From positions 1 through 53,029 of IMG/VR virus record IMGVR_UViG_3300044451_000119: DNA of 53,029 nt. One strand, written 5' to 3'. The position numbers and the translations under genes are program-made. Positions 29,101 to 39,400 of the stretch are shown in pieces. How positions within the stretch are numbered: the first letter of the stretch is position 1; each line of letters opens with the position of its first letter. A model generated the notes under the pieces. It made no database searches and was not told the origin of the DNA. It was given only the letters and a program-made list of their open reading frames with translations. Source of the stretch: a virus (lineage: Duplodnaviria; Caudoviricetes).

Positions 29101-31900
29101 TGTTATACTTAACGCCATCTACAAATATTTCATAATCTTTTGACGAATTATTTGGTATAAAATCATCTTGTGATTCAGATGAAGTTATTGTACTTGCTGA
29201 TGAAACATAAGACGCTGATGGATACGAAATAATTTCAACTCTATCACCTGCAACAGCTGGATTTGGTACATAAATTTCAGTTGCTGTGTTTTCAATAAAT
29301 TCTGTTGGTCTCAGCAATACACCATTATAAAAAACGTCAACATATCCAGAATTATATGATGGTACGGTATATCCAGTTTGTAGTCCAACCGCAGTAATTG
29401 TTGTTGCAGTACCAGTTATTGAACTTTGTTGTACAATCTCTACAATATCACCAGGATTTGTGTCATTTACTAAATTAATAACTGCTCCACTCGTTGCAGT
29501 ATATTCAGTATTTTTGAGAAGTTTTACACCATTGACATATACTTCTTCTCTACCTGGCGTATATGCAGCAGTAAATGATGTTGTTGCAATAGATGTTGTT
29601 ACTGTCGATAATCCAATTTTTGATCCAATAGCATACTCTCTAATTGCAACATAAGCATCTACGGTTGGAGGAGTATTTAAGTGAATAATACCAGTTCCAG
29701 TGTAGATATTAAATAAACTATCATCAATTTTAATGCCATTAATGTATAATTGAGTATTATTTTTATCTGTTGTAGTTAATGATGTTGTCGTCGAGAATGG
29801 TATGACAGTTTGTCCTTGATATGCAACAACTTCTTGCGACTGCCTAATTCCAGAGACGAAAGCATTAACTTCTACTTCATCACCAAAATTTGTTCCAACA
29901 TTCAATTGAATTGCAGTTGCACCAAGAGAAACATATTCGGAAGATGCTAATTTGATACCGTTTACATAAACATCATTATATCCAGGATTATTTTCTATCG
30001 CAAATACAGTCTCTCCTGCTGCTGAGGAAATTGATGTGATTCCTTTTGATGCAGAAGTTTCTAAAATAAAGTTATTTGAGTCAAAATATGATATTAGATT
30101 ACCTTTTTTAATTACCTTGGAGAAAGTAAGATTTGGAATTGTTACAATGCTGGTATTGGTTGCAGCATCACGCAGAGAAATAGTTGCCTCACCTATGGTT
30201 AATTTCTTGGTTTGAGTTGTATCTGCATTGAATGTTCCAGCAGCACCAACAAATCCATAAATTGATTGAACATCTTCTACGCCAAATGTTGTAACTGCAG
30301 TTGATACTCTTCCGTTTTCAGTTCCATTGAATGAAAAATTTTCACCAACAATAAAAGATCCTTTAACACTTTGTAATTGAATTTCTGTTTGATTTGTTAC
30401 GCCAGTTTTTACAAAACCAGTGGCTCCACTTGATCTACCTTTTACATAAGTGGATGCCGAAAGAGTTACTGGTTGATTGAGTACAACATTTGTATAAGTT
30501 TGAATATCATATAAAGATATGTCCCACTCATTCGATGCTGGATTTGTTGTATTGTAGGATCCGCTTTCTAGTGCGAAATCATAAACTCTTGCAACACCAA
30601 TTTCATTTCCATTAAAAACATTTTTGTTTGCAATTCTAGAATCTCTAAGGCTAACAACGTAGGTATTGCCAATTCCAATTACTGGTGATCCAGAAACATT
30701 GTTTAATGAAATTGCTGGGCCAGTTAGATAATTAATTCCTTGCTCTTTTAACTCTTTTCTGTCTCTTGGTTTTTCAACATCTAAGAATGTTGGCGCGGTT
30801 GTGTCAACTCTATAACCACGGACATATGCTTTACCAGGAGATATTTTGTAAACTGCAAGATTGTCGGATGGTGTTCCTCCATTATAAGTTAGTTGATTTT
30901 TTTTAAAAATACCATTATTTCCTTCTTCATCATTTAAAGATTCTACACAAGTTAACTTAAATGGTTTAATGTAGTAATCACCAGATTCTTCATAAGTTCT
31001 TGCTGCAAGAGTATCATTAATTAAATTATATTGCGTGTCATTTGGAGTATTTCTTAAAAGTCCATTTTGAACTGTTGCAATTTCAACGAAGTTTTTATCA
31101 TCAAAATCTAAAATAGATTTCTTTGTTAGGATGGCAGTGATCTTTAATCTATCTGCACCAGGAGAAGTATAATTGTTAAATCCTTGCGAATTGTCATAAA
31201 GGGTTTCATCGGTATCTGATGTGATCGTTTCTTCAATAATATTGAAACCAATTCTATAAGTTGGGGTGTTGAAATATTGGTCTAAAATAATTGTCTGTGT
31301 AGAAATATTAACAAATGTTCCTCTTAAAAAATATACTCCATCTTGTACTGTAAACGAAGAAGCAACTGACGTTGAGTTTTGACTTACAGTTGTTGCAAAA
31401 TTTTCATTTGGAATGAAAATAATATTCGACGTTTGCAGTCCACTTTCGGTTAGTAAGTTTTCCCCATCACTAAAAGACTGTGCAGAATTTGTTGATCCCG
31501 ATGAAATATAACTTATATAAAGAGAAGCATTTTCTCTATCCGATTCTGCTGAAAGAAGAACAGATTCAACTCTTGCTCTTACACCAGAGGTCTCACCCTT
31601 AATAGTTGTTCCTACAAGAGATTTGATGTAAGATGACACTGGAATTCCAGTGAATGAGTTTTCAATTTCAACAACACTATACTGTGTATTGTACAGCGTT
31701 TGTCCAGGAATAACTTTTGCACCCTCTCTAAAAATATGAGTTCCAAACTGCTCTGTTTGATTTTGCAGTATAGATTGTAAGGTTGTCAGTTCCCTTGCTT
31801 GAACTGGATAACCTGGTTTGAATAATACTTTATAATAATTCTTTGTTGGATCAAAGTCGTCAAAGTATGGAGAGACGTTTAAGTTAGTTTCCTGTGGCAT
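23150..31900 (-). CDS. Large virion structural protein, VrlC/DUF4815-like
   Basis: N-terminus TNLNVSPYFDDF..YYKVLFKPGYPVQARELTTLQSILQNQ; ARTYEESGDY; RYTMADI..LETRI; FKSGFLVDNF; DPLAQTF; position after gp8. Confidence 0.9.
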   Translation of the reverse strand: MPQETNLNVSPYFDDFDPTKNYYKVLFKPGYPVQARELTTLQSILQNQTEQFGTHIFREGAKVIPGQTLYNTQYSVVEIENSFTGIPVSSYIKSLVGTTIKGETSGVRARVESVLLSAESDRENASLYISYISSGSTNSAQSFSDGENLLTESGLQTSNIIFIPNENFATTVSQNSTSVASSFTVQDGVYFLRGTFVNISTQTIILDQYFNTPTYRIGFNIIEETITSDTDETLYDNSQGFNNYTSPGADRLKITAILTKKSILDFDDKNFVEIATVQNGLLRNTPNDTQYNLINDTLAARTYEESGDYYIKPFKLTCVESLNDEEGNNGIFKKNQLTYNGGTPSDNLAVYKISPGKAYVRGYRVDTTAPTFLDVEKPRDRKELKEQGINYLTGPAISLNNVSGSPVIGIGNTYVVSLRDSRIANKNVFNGNEIGVARVYDFALESGSYNTTNPASNEWDISLYDIQTYTNVVLNQPVTLSASTYVKGRSSGATGFVKTGVTNQTEIQLQSVKGSFIVGENFSFNGTENGRVSTAVTTFGVEDVQSIYGFVGAAGTFNADTTQTKKLTIGEATISLRDAATNTSIVTIPNLTFSKVIKKGNLISYFDSNNFILETSASKGITSISSAAGETVFAIENNPGYNDVYVNGIKLASSEYVSLGATAIQLNVGTNFGDEVEVNAFVSGIRQSQEVVAYQGQTVIPFSTTTSLTTTDKNNTQLYINGIKIDDSLFNIYTGTGIIHLNTPPTVDAYVAIREYAIGSKIGLSTVTTSIATTSFTAAYTPGREEVYVNGVKLLKNTEYTATSGAVINLVNDTNPGDIVEIVQQSSITGTATTITAVGLQTGYTVPSYNSGYVDVFYNGVLLRPTEFIENTATEIYVPNPAVAGDRVEIISYPSASYVSSASTITSSESQDDFIPNNSSKDYEIFVDGVKYNKNDFVQFAQNSSFLLNYKLFTNDLVEVILYGSGNYFSGSKFTATKGQQTFTVSYTPGFLDVYVNGIKLDYSNYDALSGTSVVFGVGLSAGDIVEFISYSTSAFSIQAAATAYDKSYAKVKSIGTNNGFTTLIVEGTTSVAGVNNGNLPKNTIKVSDLEVISTKLPESFDNTLYTPLSRRNVSDINLSSSNLTIRKQYDVVVSANSTNTVIAAANETFLPFDEERYILTFSDGTVQALRSDMFTFGAGSTRLTINGINESGNARLIATLRKINVVSKAKENQRSSSLIVSYSANASSGIGTTTLNDGLSHGNYPYGTRVQDEEISLNVPDIIKLRGVFESYGTDNPSAPRLSLESLTGPNATTADLILGETVRGALSGARATYVEKTTDTTVEIVYLNQKSFTVGEILVFEESGIESRVSSVTANGKDITSSYILDNGQRDTFYDYGRIRRISEKDSPKKKIKVYFQYGYYSSNDDGDVTTVNSYNSFNFNKDVPYYNELRNTDIIDIRPRVASYTVSSGAKSPFEFSGRSFAQSGNSAKNILASDEQILLDFKFYLPRIDKVFLNKNGIFKLVQGVSSETPNPPTSIDDAIEVAQIFLPPYLYNTQNASVSQQSYKRYTMADISRLETRINSLEKFTTLSLLETDTANLSVPDKNGINQFKSGFLVDNFKNSSNQDVRNGVKNSINPNVGEIRPSHYTSAIDLILGSNSIIGIGQSSNPYADLNYVTDLQGSNVKKTGDVISLDYTTTEWLSQPFATRTEQISPYLVNFWEGTLDLTPDSDIWVDSVKLDPENLNVAGNFTSTIDKIAKLENYDSQIGFIPTIWESWNIIWTGNRNLLNDKSETRSTYTQFFNNNGTSSNNGDLRWIGLEKSSDGVTIESITSDTDKTYSQTIDTQEFETLTVGDKSIASEITPFIRSRNVEFVSKRLQPYSRMYAFFDGVDVNNFVVPKLVEITMDSGVFSVGETVSGFFPGIDYDDVISGVNPKIAFRVAISNHKFGPYNAPTETHKFNPYNSDLTVPAQYSSTSTLLNIDTYSLANKPQGEYFGFIAVGMKLYGQTSGAQATVQNVRIVNDSTGTAIGSFYIPDPNVAINPKFTTGEKVFKLTNSSVNSSSTRVLNSVSEDKYLSVGTIEAVEDDIASIKSPKKISKFTFKDSVVSSFGGKYIDPLAQTFIVDDETGVFLTGLDIYFKDKDDELPVTCQLRTVDFNQPSDVVLPFSEVTLDASSVVKTSDATTPTHFAFNSPVYLEGKRNYAIVLSTNSNNYKVWTSRLGEVDKKPSSSSQVLVSTQPILGALYKSQNASNWQPTVTDDLTFKLYRAEFATSGSISFFNPDLAEGNAQIPILVQNPITSNSRRIKIGISSALSDNNFILGNSVIQLSTGAYGNYVGSVGKASGLSILNGGLGYAPLEGNEIYSAVALKTLTGTGKDATANITVENGVVATIALVSGGTGYSVGDVLTATFGTTSTGTNLKINVTSVSDVNQLVIDNVQGNFIAGVANTIYKYTSAGVTTAIINSSGSELYISDAIDVVSDGLHFKVNHKNHGMHSNTNYVTLKGVLPDVSPTTITVPYTKDYNGEIAIGSVSGFEIFENLLVSGANPGYILVNEEIIKYEGVSNGQLITITRGIDNSVRKAITSGDVIYKYEYSGVSLRRINKTHRLSDSTVANSVGLNYYYIKLNTKDSDYGVDRSNEQSTYIPLYFNDTTTAGGNIAKATQNIPFEAVTPNIQTFIPNLTSVNAQIRTVSGTSISGSETSFIDQGYESVILNRTNYLNSPRIIASKVNEKNLLPTLPGNKSLTMSMNLATDNTRLSPIIDTTRVNIITTSNRINSVFTDYKTDPRVNSFFEDPSDCQYVTKIVRLKNPARSIKLFLSAHINVDSDIRAFYAIDNSENGDPVFIPFPGYQNLDVDGDVINFANNDGTSDKFIDKNYINQSISTIDSYANYEFTANNLPDFKYFRIKIVLTSINQAYVPKIKDMRALALA

Positions 31901-31906
31901 TATTCT

Positions 31907-33466
31907 TTAAAATTGCAAAATAACTTTGATATCTTCTTTTTGATTGGTCGATCTAGTAATAGATGGTCTATTATCGACATAAATTATGTTTCCAGAATAT
32001 TTTTCAACCTCTGGTTGCGCCACACCACTTATAAACGATTGACCAAGGTTATAGGTCCTATTATTTATTACGGTAGATATACCAGTAAATGAAGTATCAA
32101 TTTGTAATCCAGTGCTTACTTCATCATTACTGATAAGAGTAGAACCACCAGATCCAACTGTTGATGCAAATTTATTCAATGTTAACCCATACTTTGGAGT
32201 TAAATTTTGAACACCACTGGTTGTAAATCCAGCCATGCTCTTGTCTTGCCAATATTTTAAGACACCAGTTACATTATCATATGAAATAACTCTACCAACA
32301 GCGGTAGATGCCAAACCAACAGTTTGGGTGATGAAACTATCGGCAGTTGGAGTAAAAGTCGTTACAGCAGTTCCAGTGAGTCTAAGTGCATATACTCCAC
32401 TTGCTTTACTAAAATCTAAGTTAGATGTAGAACTATAAGCTTTTGGATTTTGAACAATTCCAACTCTGGCAATTTGATTTCCCGTTATGAAATCTGGATT
32501 TTCTATATCATTTTCAATTCTGGAATAAATTAAAACATTACTCGCACCCAATTCACGGTAAATGTCTTTACCATGACCTCCTTGTGAAGGAATAATCACA
32601 TTAAATGAAGGAGTTGTTGTGCCTGTGGGAACATTTCCCGAAACCAAATCTACAATTCCATATGTATAACCAGAACCACCTTTTGAAATGTTTATTGATT
32701 CAATTTTTGAATCATTTCCAACAATAATAGTTGCTTCTGCACCAGAACCATTTCCTTTGATTGGAACTCTGGTATAAGTTCTATTTGCAGTCCCAAGACC
32801 AACGCCTCTATCTGTAATAGTTACAATTTTAAGTTGACCACTAGTTTCAGCATTATTTCTAACTGCCGCATTATCTGTGCTAGTTGCCCAATTAGTTGGC
32901 ACTGGAATAAAATCAATCGAATCAAATTTTATAATGTCGCTAAGATTAACAGTGTACAAATATTTCCAAATATATCCATCTCCACTGGATCCAGCAGATT
33001 TTGGTTCTAGATCAACAAAATTTGGTTCATCGAGAGATGGTCTGCCATTTGTATTTTCGGGATCAGTTCCATTTTGTAGACAAATATAAATTTTATACTC
33101 ACTGTTCATTACATAAAAATTCGAATCATATAAGTTTGTCGAATTTGATGGTTTTGATAGATTATCTCTGGTTATATCGTGACGATACATGTCATATGTT
33201 GTTCCAGAAGTCCACGTTATTTTACGAATAACTTGTCTCACATCAGATGTCGTTATTTTTTTTAGAGCAATAACAGTGTCCCAAATATCATTCTCTTCCG
33301 AAAAACTATCTTTTGGGGATGGTGGAGTCGTGTTCCATGTAGAACTTATATCTGTGGCGTTTGGCAAACCAATGAAAGTATAATATGCATTAGCAGTTGA
33401 CGCCACGGATGTGACAAAGTTATTTGCACTTAATATTCTGAACTGATCAGTTATAATAGCGGACAT
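31907..33466 (-). CDS. gp8: Baseplate wedge subunit
   Basis: MSAIITDQFRI, WTSGTTYDMYRHD, YKIYICL, DGYIWKYLY, RSTNQKEDIKVILQF. Confidence 0.93.
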   Translation of the reverse strand: MSAIITDQFRILSANNFVTSVASTANAYYTFIGLPNATDISSTWNTTPPSPKDSFSEENDIWDTVIALKKITTSDVRQVIRKITWTSGTTYDMYRHDITRDNLSKPSNSTNLYDSNFYVMNSEYKIYICLQNGTDPENTNGRPSLDEPNFVDLEPKSAGSSGDGYIWKYLYTVNLSDIIKFDSIDFIPVPTNWATSTDNAAVRNNAETSGQLKIVTITDRGVGLGTANRTYTRVPIKGNGSGAEATIIVGNDSKIESINISKGGSGYTYGIVDLVSGNVPTGTTTPSFNVIIPSQGGHGKDIYRELGASNVLIYSRIENDIENPDFITGNQIARVGIVQNPKAYSSTSNLDFSKASGVYALRLTGTAVTTFTPTADSFITQTVGLASTAVGRVISYDNVTGVLKYWQDKSMAGFTTSGVQNLTPKYGLTLNKFASTVGSGGSTLISNDEVSTGLQIDTSFTGISTVINNRTYNLGQSFISGVAQPEVEKYSGNIIYVDNRPSITRSTNQKEDIKVILQF

Positions 33467-33484
33467 TGTAGGTTTTTTATGTAT

Positions 33485-36400
33485 TTATTGGATATAATTA
33501 AAGTTTTTTAGGGGACTCAACCTTCTTACCAAAGGAGACGTTTCAATTCCAGATAATCCATTATTATATATTGCAAAAGTATTAGTCCCACTTCTACCTG
33601 TAATTGTCATTCTTGCCCAGGAGTATTCACCAAATACTTTTCCATATCCTAGATTTGTGAGTCCATTATAATCAGTTAGACTTACAGTCACTTGCATAAC
33701 ACTAGTTGTACCAATACCCGCAGAAACATAAGATTGTCCAATTGAGACCGAAACAACTTCGTAGACGTTATCAATGTTATTCGTACCATTCCATACAATA
33801 GAACCACTAGAATTTAAAGAAGTTACTCCATTACCCACGTTCGAATTTTTAACAACAAATCGATATCCAGTTTGAATTTGACTTAAAGTAATTGCAGTTC
33901 CAACAATCGAAGCATCTCTCAGGAAAGACTTCTCTGGAATGTAGAAATCAAATACAAGTCCCGTTGGTGCCACTCCAACGCTGGTAGTTTTAATACCCGT
34001 AATCTGACCAAAATCACCAGAGTAAGTTACATCAGCGACAGTTTCAATGTCATTACTTGGGGCAGCGATTAAGACGTTTGGAGCTTGTGTATAACCAGTT
34101 CCAGCATTTGTTATTGATATTGTAGAAACTGCTCCGCCAGAAATTGTTGCTGTTGCTTGTGCTCTCGAAGTTGTTCCTAGTCCAGTTGGACTTTCAAAAG
34201 TAACCACAGGTGGTTGAGTATAACCAATACCAGCGTTTGTTATGGTTATGACAGTAACTGTACCACTTCCAGAAATTGTTGCTGTTGCTGCCGCAGATAC
34301 CTTAGAATCCTGACCAATAATTTGAACAGTTGTTCTTGTTGCAATTGGAGATGGATTCTCATTTACCGAATCAAAGAAAGTTTTTGCTCCTTCAACAAAT
34401 ATTTCTGTGTCCGAAGGAGAAACAGATTTAATAACATTTGTTGTTGGATAAATTAAAGATTCGTATTCTTCTCTATTTTTTGGAATATAATTTCCATTAA
34501 CGAGTGAATCTGAACGCTGCTTGCACCAAATTACTGGTCTAAGTAATCCTGTTGTAATAATTCCAGGACCATCATATGTGTTTGTTGTGACAACATCGAT
34601 AGAGTCAATAGAGAAAACGGTTCTTTCATCTTGACGATTATCTGCCTCTGGTGGGAAAATTCTGAGTCCATCACCAACCTTTACAGTTTCTAGAATGTCT
34701 TTATTGATAACATCAATATCTTTATTGCCTTGATAGAATAGAATAGTAGCATTATCACCTTCTCTTGGAACTTCTGTGAATGAAAAAACACTACCACCAT
34801 TGAACTCATATGCTTTTCCTGGTTCTTGAAGGACTCCATTTAAGAAAATTAATAAAGTATATGCCACATCAATTCCAGAACCTTCTCTTCCTATAATGGA
34901 CTGTCGTATTCCATCAATTCTAAGTGGGAATTTAGTTTTAAATCCATCAAACAAGTTACTTATATCATCAAATAAAGTTAGATTGCCAATAGTCCACCCA
35001 TTAAATTGTTCCTGATACTGCTCCGTTACTGTTAATTGGAATTCATTATATGATTTTGAAGTGTCAGTTGGTATTCCACTGGTTCCACCAATAGTAAATG
35101 TAAGTTTATCTCCAACTTCATATCCTCTTCCAACATTAGTAATTTCAAAGTCAATAATGCTAGATCCTTGACCAACTACAATACTTACCTTAGCTCCCGT
35201 TCCAACACCAGTTGTCCCTCCTGTATATTTTAAATCTAGATTTTCATATGAGAATGGAGAATCGAATACAACAAATGGTGGATTTGAGGAGGTGTATCCA
35301 GATCCAGGGTTTGTGATTGCAACACTTACAACAATTCCATTCGAAATTGTTGCCGTTCCAACTTTTTGAAGATTTGAAATAGTTAATGATGAAGTTCCAA
35401 CTGATACATTGATTGTTGTTTGTATCCCAATTCTATAACCAGAACCACTATTTCCAATAGAAATAGCAGAGATAGTTCCTGCGGAAGAAACAATTGCTGT
35501 TCCGCCAGCAGCAACAAGTGGTTGATAACCAAGACCCTTTGTAGAATCAACAGAAACAATTTCTCCACCAACAGGAGAACTATTAAAGAATATTGAAGTT
35601 ATTCCTGATTTTTCTGTTAAGTATTGGTTGTTTATAATTGGATTTGAACCAAATCTTGTTGGTGATTGTAATATACCATTTAACAGAACAACTGCATTAT
35701 CAGTAGAAATACCACTTACCGTTCCTCCTGCGGAGGTAATAGTAAATTCTGTCTTAATTCCAGTGAAAGAATCTGAGATATCATCAAAGATATAATTCTT
35801 ATGATATGGTTCAATGGTAGAATTCTTTGCAGAAGTCTTCATAAATGCTCTTCCACCAAAACTTGAACTGGTAGTTATTCCAGCAAAATCTCTATCATCT
35901 GGTGGATTTGTTACAGTTCCGATTGGAGATTTGCCATAAGGTGCCGCAACAAAGTTGATAGTGTTATCAACAATATTGTAATTTCCTTTAACTTGCTTCA
36001 CAACCACTGCTGTTGTGTGAATACCAATATTTGTTCCCATCCATCCTCTTCTCACATCAACAACTTTTGTCGATGAGTTTATTGCATCAATGAAACAAAT
36101 TTCCTGATCAACCTGTAATAATTGCCCAACAAATAATTTTTCTATTGAATTTAAACTAAACTGATCGTCAGACGATGTTGCCGTAGATGTAAGGTGTGTT
36201 GTAACTGATGTTGCAACTACTGGCGATTGAATTAAATTGTCAATAGTTACAACAACTCTTTGGTTCGATTTTTTAGATATGAATCTATGAGATATTCCTA
36301 TTCCAGCAGAAGTAATGTCTAGTGGATTTGGAGGGACTACCAAAGAATCTGTTGCCGAAAGAGCAACTTTTATTGAAAACTTATCAACTTTAATTAGATA

Positions 36401-39400
36401 AACGTTACCTGGAAGTTTATCAGTAGAAATGCCAGATATTGTTGTTGTTGCAATTCCAATAGGAGAAAATCCATCAATATTTGGATATGAATAAAATACC
36501 TCTTCCCCAGTTGTAAAGAAGTGCTCATTGGAGAAAGTAATTGTATTTGCACTTAAATTAACAACTCCCGTTTCAGTAGCAACTCCTACTCTTGGATCTG
36601 TTGTTGGACTAAAATATCTTTGGAAGATATCTTTTTGATTATGAGTCAGATCAAAAGACCTTCTTATATCGAGCTCAGTTCCAGCATAAGTTCCATTTCC
36701 AGAATTTAAACTTGCATTATTGAAACTAATTCCAGTGAGACTATTGAAGTTGTCAACTAACCTCATAGTGTGCTGCCACACTCTGACATCGACATCAATA
36801 TTAGCGTTTGGAGTGTATAAAATCTTTAAAGTTGAGTTGGTACATGCAATTCCAATTGTTCCAATTCCAGAATCTGTTTGCAGTAAACCATACTCAGTAA
36901 ATGATTGATCAAGATCATCCTGTGCAGCAATTAATTCTAAAAATTCATATTCATCATTAGTCTTATCCTCAATACCGATAATTAAATATCCAGCATTAAA
37001 GTTATCTGTTGACCATCCAGCAATTCTACGAGCAACTGGTGTTGATGTTGATCCAATTCCCGTGTAAATTGTTTCAACAGTATTAGTATTAAATGTTATA
37101 GATCCTATCCCAGTTGCATCAGTAATTCCCATACCAATGGTTAATGCATGTACTGTTCCAGCAACTCCCGCATTTGGATAGAAATCCAAAACCATTCTAT
37201 CAGATTCAAGAGTCATTTGTGTGACTCCATAGTTATCAAAATCATTACCACTATTGGTAGGTTGATTTAGTCTGAATAATGTACTAGAAGTTTTTGCTGC
37301 TTGTGGAAGAATTGCGCGATATTCTTGAAGAGTTGCAGAACCAGTTGTTGGAACAATAACACCAATATCAACAAAATTGCTTCCATCCGTGCTATATCCA
37401 ACACGAAGGTCATCCCCAGGTTCTGGATCTTCGCCACCATTTGAATCATTTCCAACAATTGCCTTTACTAATATTTCGTCATAATTTCTAGCATCAATTG
37501 GATTTAAAGTAAGATTCCTATTTCCAACTCCCGTAAACCTTGTATGTGGACCAACTGCAAATCCTCCAAATGGTCCACTACCAGTTCCTCCTGGTGAAGT
37601 TGTAACGCCAGAACTACTGAAATATTCAGAAATTTTTACAGTTGGTATAACTTTTAATGGGACATTTGCATCATATGTTCCGAATCCAGATATTACAGAT
37701 CCAGTTAGTGTTGAGTCTGTAAGTTGTCCATATTCCAACATTAAAACGTTTCTATCTTTATCTTTAACAAGACTTATTTCGTCATACTGATGTTGAAAAT
37801 CGGTCGTTGAAACTGAAACTAAAATCCTTGCAGCTCTATGAGTTGAAGATACACTTACAATAGGAATAGATGTTAACCCAGCACCAGCAGAAATAACTGA
37901 GCGAGATGAATATATTTGAGCAACGGATCCAACTGACGTGCTTCCTATTCCAGTTGTTTGATCTATAATATTATAAGATGCAAGGCTTATGTCATAATTG
38001 TTGACTTTATATTTGTTTGGATAGAATAATAATTGTCCCTGCAAATTAGTAATACCAAAATCAAAAGAACCAACATCAAATTCAAATATTCCTAGATCTT
38101 TTTGTGTATTAACTCGACCATACTGACTTAAATATCCCTTTGTATTGTCATGCAATAATGTTACCAACATTATTTGTCTTTCATTTGTAAATCTCTTATC
38201 CTTAACATAAGTGATATACTTTTTGTATCGTTGCGATAAATTAAACGTATCAACTACACTAAATCTATCAGTTCTCTCATCACTTAGGAATTGATCACTT
38301 ATATCATCAATATTTAAAACTCTGTTACCAACAGATTCTAAATAATTTTGAATCAACTTAGAATTAAAGATTATCTCATCGGATGCTACGTTTCCTACAA
38401 TGTACTTAAAGTTCTCATCAACTAAATCCCAGTCAAAATAGCAATTTGTATCAACAACATTAATAATATCAGTTATAGCACTGAAATCTCCACCATCCTG
38501 AGTAGTTCCTATTCCAATAGCAGATTTGCTATTGATCAATAAATTGCTAAACTTTTTATATCCAGCTGGATGATTTAAAGATTGTACTGGTTCGTCCCAA
38601 GTCTCATATGAGACTTCCGATTTTAAAGCGTATGAAAAATACTGATAATAATCACTATCTTGTACTCTCTGAGTGTCATTATTTAAAAATCCTGTTTCTC
38701 TCTTCCATCCTTTTCTAACCTTTGAAGATGGACCCAATTTGTACTCAGTTTCAAACGAAGTTGATTTATTGATAATGGCTTTTGTTCCTGAGGTTTCCCC
38801 TTCAATAACATCATCAATAATAAATGATCCAAAAGGAGATACTACTTTTACCAAATTGCTTTGTGGATTCCATTTATCAACGAATCCAGAAGATCCATTA
38901 GTATTATTTTTAATCTTCTCATTTAATAAGAAATCATTTTGCTTTAATTTGATCGTAAATACTGGAAAGTCTTTTGCTGGTATAACTCTACCAGCAGAAT
39001 TTAGTGCATCAAACTGACCAGGATATTCTCCATTTTTTAGATTAGAAGCAAGATTATAGGTTATAGTTGGATTTGATCCACCATATTTCGGATCTATATG
39101 TGTTAAAGTGAATGTAGAATATGAATATTGATTTGAATTGTATCCTTTTCCAGCAGTTGTAATGCCAATATTTTCAATGAAAACTTTATCTCCAACTGAG
39201 AATGGGAATCCACCAACCGTTGCAAATGAACCAACTAATGTAACAGTAACATTTTTAGAAGTTTGATTATATGCAACTGTGTTTATTCCAACTCCGTTAG
39301 AATTTTTAGTTGGAATAATTATTGGATTTACATCATATAAATCTCTGGTATTTTTGATAATCTTTACCTGAGGATTTCCAATCTCATATTTCAATTTAAC

